Below, one piece after another: positions 57,063 to 64,000 of a stretch of DNA of 64,000 bases. The notes beneath the pieces are model-generated. The model did not search any database. It worked only from the letters and a program-made list of their open reading frames with translations, and was not told the origin of the DNA. The position numbers were made by a program, and so were the translations under genes. The DNA is from an uncultured Pseudobdellovibrionaceae bacterium (GTDB taxonomy: Bacteria > Pseudomonadota > Alphaproteobacteria > Micavibrionales > Micavibrionaceae). The DNA lies in assembly GCA_964348795.1 (NCBI GenBank), contig CAYGDY010000005.1:12027-76026 (forward strand), in the 5' to 3' direction. Numbering within the stretch: the stretch's first letter is position 1; each line of letters begins with the position of its first letter.

Positions 57063-57085
57063 TCTTACGGGATGACGTTTTTTTG

Positions 57086-57355
57086 TTACCGTCTGATATT
57101 CAGGCGCTTGATAAGCGTCTGGTAACGGGATTCATCCTTGCGTTTCAGGTAATCCAGCAATTTACGGCGTTTTGCCACCATGGCCAGAAGGCCGTGACGG
57201 GAGTGGAAATCCTTTTTATGGGCATCCATGTGACCTGACAGATAGGCAATGCGGTCTGTCAGGAGGGCGACTTGTACTTCGGGGGAGCCTGTGTCCCCTG
57301 GTTTGGTTGCAAAATCTGCTACGATTTTGGCGCGGTCTTCTACGGTCGTCGACAT
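57086..57355 (-). CDS. rpsO: 30S ribosomal protein S15
   Basis: 89 aa. ...[38 protein letters not shown]... is canonical S15. Confidence 0.97.
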   Translation of the reverse strand: MSTTVEDRAKIVADFATKPGDTGSPEVQVALLTDRIAYLSGHMDAHKKDFHSRHGLLAMVAKRRKLLDYLKRKDESRYQTLIKRLNIRR

Positions 57356-57376
57356 CGGTTTTCTCCTGTTTCTTTT

Positions 57377-58318
57377 CTAAAGGTTGAACACGCGAACGGG
57401 TTTGATTGTGGCGCCTTCGGTTTCAACCAGAGCGACAGGGCGGGCATGTAAAACCGCCAGAGCCATTCCGTGTTGTTCCAGCCCTAGCGCCTCTAAACGG
57501 GCAAAATCGGGTCTGGAAATGAAGGACAAAACCTGCCCGTTCCGAAGCCTTGCACATTCGCCCTCTTTTATGGCCAGAGCCGGGATGTCGTCCAGCACGG
57601 TCTCAAGAGGATGCAAAACCTCGTCCAAAACATCTGTCATGGAAGCGGCACCTTGCACAAGTTTTTCCAGTTTGTCCAGAGATATTGCATTTTTTTCTGT
57701 AAACGGGCCGACCTGTGTGCGCCGGAGGGCTGAAATATAGCCGCAGGTGCCGAGCCTCTCGCCCATATCCCGTGCCAGAGAACGGACATAGGTGCCCTTG
57801 CCGCACAGCATCGTAAAACTGGCGGTCTCTGGTGTGGTGTGGTCAAGGGTCAGGGTTTCGATATAGACGGTGCGGGGCGCAATTTCGAGCGTTTCGCCCG
57901 CACGTGCCAGATCATACGCCCGCTGTCCGTCAATTTTGATGGCTGAAAAATCGGGCGGAATTTGGTCAATTTCGCCGATGAAGCGGGGCAGAGCGGCGGT
58001 AATGGCCTCGGGCGTGGGGCGAACGGGTGATGTGGCGATGATGTCGCCCTCGCTGTCCTCCGTATTGCGGCGTTCCCCCCATGTGATCGTAAATTCATAG
58101 ATTTTGAGGCGGTCCTGCGCAAAGGCGATGGTTTTGGTGGCTTCGCCGAGCGCAATGGGTAAAATCCCGCTCGCCAGCGGATCGAGCGTGCCCGCATGGC
58201 CCGCCTTTTGAGCCTGAAGAAGCCAGCGCACCTTGGCAAGGGCCTGCGTGGAGGTCGGGCCCACGGGCTTGTCCAGCACGACCCAGCCGTCGATTTTTTG
58301 TCCTTTTTTTCGTGCCAT
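57377..58318 (-). CDS. truB: tRNA pseudouridine(55) synthase
   Basis: Start taken at MARKKGQKIDGWVVLDKPVGPTS (ATG 58318). Catalytic GHAGTLDPLASGILPI. Confidence 0.93.
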   Translation of the reverse strand: MARKKGQKIDGWVVLDKPVGPTSTQALAKVRWLLQAQKAGHAGTLDPLASGILPIALGEATKTIAFAQDRLKIYEFTITWGERRNTEDSEGDIIATSPVRPTPEAITAALPRFIGEIDQIPPDFSAIKIDGQRAYDLARAGETLEIAPRTVYIETLTLDHTTPETASFTMLCGKGTYVRSLARDMGERLGTCGYISALRRTQVGPFTEKNAISLDKLEKLVQGAASMTDVLDEVLHPLETVLDDIPALAIKEGECARLRNGQVLSFISRPDFARLEALGLEQHGMALAVLHARPVALVETEGATIKPVRVFNL

Positions 58319-58322
58319 AGGG

Positions 58323-58727
58323 TCAGGAACCCATGTCTTCTTCGGAGATGTGAATGTCCCGCAAAATGTCTTCGATCCGTTGGGCCTTGTCAAAGGAATC
58401 GTCCTTGACGAATTGGATTTTCGGCGTGAATTTGAGGGCAGACTGGCGGTTGATTTCCTTCTGGAAGATGTGGGCTTCCGCCGCAAGGGCCGTGAGAAGG
58501 GGGGCGATATCCGCACCGCCCAGTGCTACGACATAGGCTCTGGCGTGTTTGAGGTCTGGGGAGACGCGCACTTCCGTCACGGTGATGTTTTTGGCCATAT
58601 CGAGCAAAGGGGCTGTGTGGAAATGTCCACGCTGAAGCGTTTCGGCGATAATATGCCGGAGCTGTTCCCCCACGCGGAGCTGGCGCTGGGACGGGGTATT
58701 GGTTGTGGCGCGGTGTTTTTGTGTCAT
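58323..58727 (-). CDS. rbfA: ribosome-binding factor A
   Basis: 134 aa. QRQLRVGEQLRHIIAETL...VTEVRVSPDLKHARAYV. Confidence 0.9.
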   Translation of the reverse strand: MTQKHRATTNTPSQRQLRVGEQLRHIIAETLQRGHFHTAPLLDMAKNITVTEVRVSPDLKHARAYVVALGGADIAPLLTALAAEAHIFQKEINRQSALKFTPKIQFVKDDSFDKAQRIEDILRDIHISEEDMGS

Positions 58728-58751
58728 GGTTTTGTTGTTTCTTGGTTATTC

Positions 58752-58818
58752 GTCATCCTGAGGCGAAGCCGAAGGATCCCTGTTGTCAAAGGAGATCCTT
58801 CGCGGTGCTCAGGATGAC
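58752..58818. repeat. MITE-like palindromic element, family C
   Basis: gtcatcctgaggcgaagccgaaggatccc-tgttgtcaaa-ggagatccttcgcggtgctcaggatgac. Lies between infB and rbfA. Confidence 0.9.
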
Positions 58819-58831
58819 AATAAATAAGGCG

Positions 58832-61354
58832 TTACTGCACCGTTCTGGCTTCTTCGATCACATCAAAGCATTCGATGATGTCGCCCGCGCGGATGTCTTC
58901 GTATTTCTCGAACGCCATCCCGCATTCCGTACCTTCCTTGACCTCCGTCACCTCGTCCTTGAAGCGTTGAAGAGTCTTGAGCGTGCCTTCGTGGATCACG
59001 ACATCCTCGCGCAGGAGGCGGACTTTCGCGCCGCGCTTGACGGACCCGATGGAGACCTCGCACCCTGCGACCTTGCCAACCTTTGTAATGTTGAAGACCT
59101 GCTTGATGAGGGCTTGACCCAGATATTCCTCGCGCTTGATGGGCGCCAGAAGCCCCGTCAAAATCGCCTTCGCATCGTCGATGACGTTGTAAATGATGTT
59201 GTAGTAGCGGATATCCACGCCCTCGTGCGCGGCCAGCGCGCGGGCTTGCGCATTGGCGCGGACGTTAAAGCCGATGATCAAGGCTTTGGAGGCTTTCGCC
59301 AGTTTCACATCGGATTCTGTAATGCCGCCCACGCCGGTATGGAGCACCTGAATGCGGATATCGGGGTTTTCCTCTTCCATCTTGCGGAAAGAGCCAGCAA
59401 TCGCCTCCACCGAGCCATGAACATCGGCGCGGATGATGACTTGCATCGCGGTTTTCTCGCCCGTCTCGCGCAAGGCAATGAGATCGTCAATCGTCGTCCG
59501 GCCCTTGACAGCCAGAGCCGCTTGCGCCCCCCGCCGTTTGTACTGGCGGTAGTTGCTGATCTGGCGGGCCTTGCTTTCATCACCCACCACGCTGAACGGA
59601 TCGCCCGCATCAGGTGTGCCGTTGAGTCCCAGAACCTCGACAGGCTGGCCAGGAATGGCTTCGGTGACATGTTTCCCCTGATCGTTAATCAGGGCGCGGA
59701 CTTTCCCGTATTCTGCCCCCGCCACGAAAATATCCCCGATGCGCAAGGTCCCGTTTTGAATCAGAACCGTAGAGACAGAGCCCCTGCCTTTTTCCATCTT
59801 GGATTCAATCACCACGCCTTGTGCTTCGCGGTTCGGGTTGGCTTTGAGCTCGAGGACTTCGGCCTGCACGAGGATGGCGTCTTCCAGCTTGTCCAGATTG
59901 ATTCGTTTTTTAGCTGAAATCTCAACGCACTGGACTTCTCCGCTGAGTTCTTCTACCACGATTCCGTATTGCAACAGCGCGGTTTTAACTTTGTGCGGGT
60001 CGGCCTCGGGCAGGTCGATTTTATTGACGGCAATGATAATAGGAACATTTGCGGCCTTGGCATGGCTGATGGCCTCGATCGTCTGTGGCATCACGCTGTC
60101 GGTGGCGGAGACGATAATCACGACAATGTCCGTGACGTGCGCGCCGCGCGCCCGCATTTCGGTAAAGGCCGCGTGACCTGGCGTATCCAGAAAGGTAATC
60201 TTCTGTCCGGAGTCCATCGAGACCTGATAGGCCCCGATATGCTGGGTAATGCCACCCGCTTCGCCAGACACCACGTTTGTGGAGCGCAGGGCATCAAGCA
60301 GGGAGGTTTTTCCGTGGTCAACGTGCCCCATAATCGTCACAACAGGGGGACGGAAAACCAGATCATCTGCGGTATCGGTCCCGCCCAGCAAGCCTTCCTC
60401 GACATCAGCATCGGTGACGCGTTTGATTTTATGGCCGAATTCGGAAATGATGAGTTCTGCTGTGTCGGCATCAATGGTCTGTGTGATCGTGGCCATCACA
60501 CCCAGTTTCATCAGGGCCTTGACGACATCGCCGCCAGGCTCGGCCATCCGGTTGGCCAGTTCGCTGACGGTCAGGGTTTCGGGAATGATCACTTCGCGCA
60601 GGATTTTTTTCGTTTCCAACGGGCCCAGTGCCGCAAGACGGGCTTTCTCGCGTGCCCGTTTCTGAGCCGCCATGGATTTGCTTCGGTCGCTGTCAAAATC
60701 CTTGTTCAGGGCTTGTGTCACGGTAATCCGGCCACCACGCCGATTGTCAACGACTTTGGGCGGGGCTTTGGGTGCCACTTTTTTCAGACGGTCGCGATAG
60801 CTTTCGGTTTCCTCTTCTCCACCGCCCACGCGAAATCTGCGGGCGATATCCGGCGCACCGGCGGGCAGGGCAGGGGCACCGGCAGGACGGGGCGCATTTT
60901 GCTGGAGCTCGGCATTTTTCTGACGTTCGTCGCGCTCAATCGCTTCGAGTTCCTGCAGTTCTTTTTCACGTGCGCTCAGGACGGCTTCCTTGGTCGCGGC
61001 TTCTTCTTTCTTCTTGTCTTCGATAGTGGTCCGGCGTTTGGGAAGGCTGGAGGGGACTTTACTGCCTTCCGCCAGCGCATTCTGGAGGGCGCGGGCGCGG
61101 GTTTCGCGTTCGTCCTGTGTCAGGCGTTCGTCTTCGTCATGCCGGCCCCCGCCCTGAGACATATGGGGGGCATTTGTACGTTTTCTCCGGACTTCAACAG
61201 CGACACCGGCAGAGGGACTTGCGTTGCGGGCTTGCGCGCCTGCATTGCCCTTGAGCCCAAGACTCAAGGTGCCTTTCCCGCCAAGGCTGAGGGTTTTTTT
61301 GTTATCCCCTGCGCCGGCCTCTTGATTGTTTTTGTCTGTTTTTGTCTCTGTCAT
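58832..61354 (-). CDS. infB: translation initiation factor IF-2
   Basis: 840 aa. GTPase domain VTIMGHVDHGKTSLLD, DTPGH and NKID. Charged N-terminal region. Confidence 0.97.
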   Translation of the reverse strand: MTETKTDKNNQEAGAGDNKKTLSLGGKGTLSLGLKGNAGAQARNASPSAGVAVEVRRKRTNAPHMSQGGGRHDEDERLTQDERETRARALQNALAEGSKVPSSLPKRRTTIEDKKKEEAATKEAVLSAREKELQELEAIERDERQKNAELQQNAPRPAGAPALPAGAPDIARRFRVGGGEEETESYRDRLKKVAPKAPPKVVDNRRGGRITVTQALNKDFDSDRSKSMAAQKRAREKARLAALGPLETKKILREVIIPETLTVSELANRMAEPGGDVVKALMKLGVMATITQTIDADTAELIISEFGHKIKRVTDADVEEGLLGGTDTADDLVFRPPVVTIMGHVDHGKTSLLDALRSTNVVSGEAGGITQHIGAYQVSMDSGQKITFLDTPGHAAFTEMRARGAHVTDIVVIIVSATDSVMPQTIEAISHAKAANVPIIIAVNKIDLPEADPHKVKTALLQYGIVVEELSGEVQCVEISAKKRINLDKLEDAILVQAEVLELKANPNREAQGVVIESKMEKGRGSVSTVLIQNGTLRIGDIFVAGAEYGKVRALINDQGKHVTEAIPGQPVEVLGLNGTPDAGDPFSVVGDESKARQISNYRQYKRRGAQAALAVKGRTTIDDLIALRETGEKTAMQVIIRADVHGSVEAIAGSFRKMEEENPDIRIQVLHTGVGGITESDVKLAKASKALIIGFNVRANAQARALAAHEGVDIRYYNIIYNVIDDAKAILTGLLAPIKREEYLGQALIKQVFNITKVGKVAGCEVSIGSVKRGAKVRLLREDVVIHEGTLKTLQRFKDEVTEVKEGTECGMAFEKYEDIRAGDIIECFDVIEEARTVQ

Positions 61355-61457
61355 ACGCTCGTCATTCTGTTCTGCACGCCCCGAACGTCACCAAGACATT
61401 CGGGGAAAATCCGTTTCAAGGGATGGTTATACACAAGCCAAAGCCTTGTGTAAAATG

Positions 61458-62963
61458 TTATCCCTCTGCGCTCTCCTCCGTAAACCAGTGGGCACGGGCT
61501 GACATGATGATGTCATTGGCTTCCTTATGGGTCACTTGCCCTTCTCCCAGAAGCTCGATGAGTTCGTCACTGGCCAGATCACCGAGATCATCAAGGGTTT
61601 TGATCCCTTTTTCCGCAAGTGCGATGACCTGGGACGATGTCAGTCCTTCCAGCGCAATCAGGGCGCTTTCAATGCCCAGTTCCGCTTGTTTCTTGTTGAG
61701 CTCTTCCTGCTTGGCGGCCAGAAAATTCTGGGCCCGCGTTTGCAGTTCGCGGGAAATCTCTTCCTCGAACCCCTGAATTTCATTGAGTTCATCAATGGGG
61801 GTTTCCGCGATTTCCTCGACCTTGGTAAAGCCTTCGGCCACCAGAAGATGCGCAATCACGTCATCCACGTCCAGCGCTTCGATAAACAGACCGGAGCGTG
61901 TTTTGAATTCCTCGGCTCTGCGTTCGGACTCTTCGGCCTCCGTCAGGATGTCAATGTCCCAGCCCACGAGGATCGAGGCCAGACGCACGTTCTGACCGCG
62001 CCGTCCAATTGCCAGAGAGAGCTGTTCGTCCGGTACCACGACTTCCATGCGGTTTTTCTCTTCGTCCAGCACCACTTTTGTCACAGAGGCGGGTTGGAGT
62101 GCGCTGACGACAAAGCTGGCAATGTCCTGGGACCATGGGATAATGTCGATTTTCTCCCCGCCCAGTTCGCCGACAACCGCTTGCACGCGGGAACCCCGCA
62201 TTCCGACACAGGCCCCGACAGGATCAATGGAACTGTCCCGCGAAATGACGGCGATTTTGGCGCGGCTTCCCGGGTCGCGGGCTACGGATTTGATTTCTAT
62301 CACGCCGTCATAGATTTCCGGCACTTCCTGCATGAACAATTTGGCCATAAATTCCGGATGCGTACGGGAGAGGAAAATCTGTGGTCCGCGCATTTCTTCG
62401 CGGACTTCGTAAATAATGGCGCGGACGCGGTCCCCGTTTTTGAGATGCTCGCGGGGCAGGGTTTCATCACGGCGCAGAACGGCTTCGGCACGCCCCTGAA
62501 TATCAATTGTGGCATTGCCGTATTCCACACGCTTGACCACGCCGTTGACGATCTCGCCCACACGGGATTTGAATTCGGCGTATTGGCGGGCGCGTTCGGC
62601 CTCGCGGACTTTTTGCATGATGACCTGCTTGGCGGTCTGGGCGGCAATCCGTCCGAAATCCAGAGGCGGCAGGCTGTCAACCAGAAACTCCCCGACTGTG
62701 GCATCCGGCTTGATCCGTTTGGCCTGTGTCAGGGTCAGTTGTGAAATTTCGTTTTCGATTTCAGCATCGTCAGCCAGAACTTCGCGATAGCGCTTGAGCT
62801 CGATAGCCCCGTTCTTGCGGTCGATTTGTGCGCGGATATCGTGGTCGTGCCCGTATTTGGAGCGCCCTGCCTTTTGGATGGCTTCTTCCATGGCTTCCAG
62901 AACAACCTGACGATCAATGTTTTTTTCTCTGGCGACGTTATCGGCGACTTGTAGCAATTCCAT
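61458..62963 (-). CDS. nusA: transcription termination/antitermination factor NusA
   Basis: 501 aa. S1, KH1 and KH2 followed by two acidic HhH repeats. Confidence 0.97.
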   Translation of the reverse strand: MELLQVADNVAREKNIDRQVVLEAMEEAIQKAGRSKYGHDHDIRAQIDRKNGAIELKRYREVLADDAEIENEISQLTLTQAKRIKPDATVGEFLVDSLPPLDFGRIAAQTAKQVIMQKVREAERARQYAEFKSRVGEIVNGVVKRVEYGNATIDIQGRAEAVLRRDETLPREHLKNGDRVRAIIYEVREEMRGPQIFLSRTHPEFMAKLFMQEVPEIYDGVIEIKSVARDPGSRAKIAVISRDSSIDPVGACVGMRGSRVQAVVGELGGEKIDIIPWSQDIASFVVSALQPASVTKVVLDEEKNRMEVVVPDEQLSLAIGRRGQNVRLASILVGWDIDILTEAEESERRAEEFKTRSGLFIEALDVDDVIAHLLVAEGFTKVEEIAETPIDELNEIQGFEEEISRELQTRAQNFLAAKQEELNKKQAELGIESALIALEGLTSSQVIALAEKGIKTLDDLGDLASDELIELLGEGQVTHKEANDIIMSARAHWFTEESAEG

Positions 62964-62980
62964 GGTCTTTTCCTCTTTGG

Positions 62981-63538
62981 TTAGTGGGTCTGTTGTTTGG
63001 GGTTATGTGTTGAATCTGTGTTTTCCTCGGATGTTTCGTCAGAGGGCAAGGCCGTGGCCTTGATCAGAGAATCTGTCAAAACAAGCCGTGCCTTGGTCAT
63101 GGCAGAAAAGGGAATTTTGGCTTCGCCCTGATCGGTTACCATTGTGATGGTATCGCCTTCCACGCCCGTGATGGGGCCCTTGAAACGCTTTTGTCCGGTT
63201 GGGAGCGGGGTTTCGGTTTCCAGCCGTGCCTCAAAACCGATATAGGTTTTAAAATCTTCCACAGACAAAAGCGGGCGGTCAATGCCTGGTGAGCTGACTT
63301 CGAGCCGGTAACGGCCACTGATAGGGTCTTCAACATCGAGCGTGGCCGAAATCGCCTTGCTCAACGTCGTGCAATCATCAAGCGTGAGACGCTTGGTTGC
63401 AGAATTTTCTGCTAAAATCTGAACAGTCTGCATGCCGGACTCACCGATGATTTTCACCCAGACGAGCGCAAACCCCAGATCCTGTACGACAGGCTCCACG
63501 ATTTTACTGATGCGTTGCTCGATAGGTGTTTGTCTCAT
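62981..63538 (-). CDS. rimP: ribosome maturation factor RimP
   Basis: Start taken at MRQTPIEQRISKIVEPVVQDLGFALVWVKI (ATG 63538). LEVSSPGIDRPL motif. Confidence 0.9.
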   Translation of the reverse strand: MRQTPIEQRISKIVEPVVQDLGFALVWVKIIGESGMQTVQILAENSATKRLTLDDCTTLSKAISATLDVEDPISGRYRLEVSSPGIDRPLLSVEDFKTYIGFEARLETETPLPTGQKRFKGPITGVEGDTITMVTDQGEAKIPFSAMTKARLVLTDSLIKATALPSDETSEENTDSTHNPKQQTH

Positions 63539-63570
63539 TTTTTCCTTGCGGTTTTTCCCGTCTTTCCAAC

Positions 63571-63601
63571 AAAAAAGGCGGGCCTTTTTATGAGCCCACC
63601 C
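63571..63601 (-). terminator. rho-independent terminator candidate downstream of trmB
   Basis: Minus strand: ggtgggc-tcataaaaa-gcccgcc followed by tttttt, with one mismatch in the stem. Confidence 0.5.
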
Positions 63602-63658
63602 TGTCATAACGATCGGGATGTAGGGGTTTTATAGTCCTGTTTGAAAGAAAAGGCAAGG

Positions 63659-64000
63659 TTATTTTCGGGTAAAAATCAAATAGGTTTGCTTCCTGCCTGC
63701 GGTTATCCCTTTTTGCTCATAGCGGGTGGGGATCCAGCCTTCTGGCATGATTTGCCAATCGGCCTTGGTGCGGGCGGTCCATGTGAAGGCCGGATGGTTC
63801 GAGGCGTGCGTGACCATCCATTCGGCCAGGTCATCGACATCGGTGCTCATGATGAGCGCGCCGCCGGATTTGAGGATACGGGCAAAGACATCGAGCGTAT
63901 CGGGCCGGATGATCCGCCGGTTATGGTGGCGTTTTTTGGGCCACGGATCGGGGTTGAGCACGTAAATACCGTCCAAAGAGGCCGGCGTGAAGGAAAGGGC
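63659..64000 (-). CDS. trmB: tRNA (guanine-N7)-methyltransferase, 3' part (5' end outside the window)
   Basis: ...YVLNPDPWPKKRHHNRRIIRPD... matches the TrmB FPDPWxKxRHxKRR block. The frame stays open to position 64000. Confidence 0.85.
   Translation of the reverse strand, partial: ALSFTPASLDGIYVLNPDPWPKKRHHNRRIIRPDTLDVFARILKSGGALIMSTDVDDLAEWMVTHASNHPAFTWTARTKADWQIMPEGWIPTRYEQKGITAGRKQTYLIFTRK

Overview
This 64-kb window reads as core chromosome of an alphaproteobacterium. That assignment is an inference from gene content: etfBA, a HIG1-type small protein, DUF4167, DUF1491, DUF1058 and a fabA-fabB-fabI cluster. GC looks like about 50-55% by eye and was not computed. About 65 protein genes and 2 tRNAs are supported, almost all housekeeping. 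They include etfB-etfA, ubiG, lysC, prfA-prmC, clpB, gatC-gatA-gatB, ruvX, phaZ, rpmB, tgt and a degenerate-GGDEF/PAS-histidine-kinase pair. They also include a Fur-family regulator, prfC, a complete suf operon (Rrf2-sufB-sufC-sufD-sufS-sufT-sufA), dusA, glpQ-like, pnp, gpmA, rpsO-truB-rbfA-infB-nusA-rimP and partial trmB. No rRNA, CRISPR array, transposase, integrase or recognisable defence or secretion system was seen. Three things are not ordinary. (1) About 20 intergenic palindromic MITE-like elements all start GTCA(T/C) and end (A/G)TGAC, yet they fall into at least 5 families with unrelated interiors, and several sit inside conserved operons. (2) An AT-rich cassette-like array lies between fabB and fabI (48.0-49.1 kb). 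Its units are bounded by inverted arms made of three phased N4-GGAG octamers. It contains a perfect 185-bp tandem duplication and one GxxExxY (PD-(D/E)XK fold) gene; this is my best candidate for an undescribed mobile or recombination system. (3) Conserved clusters carry AT-rich orphan insertions: a membrane protein plus GIY-YIG nuclease inside suf, an RNAP-alpha-CTD-like protein between fabA and fabB, and a Cys-rich secreted protein between gatA and gatB. All functional calls rest on motifs I recognise in the translated ORFs. No database search was run.
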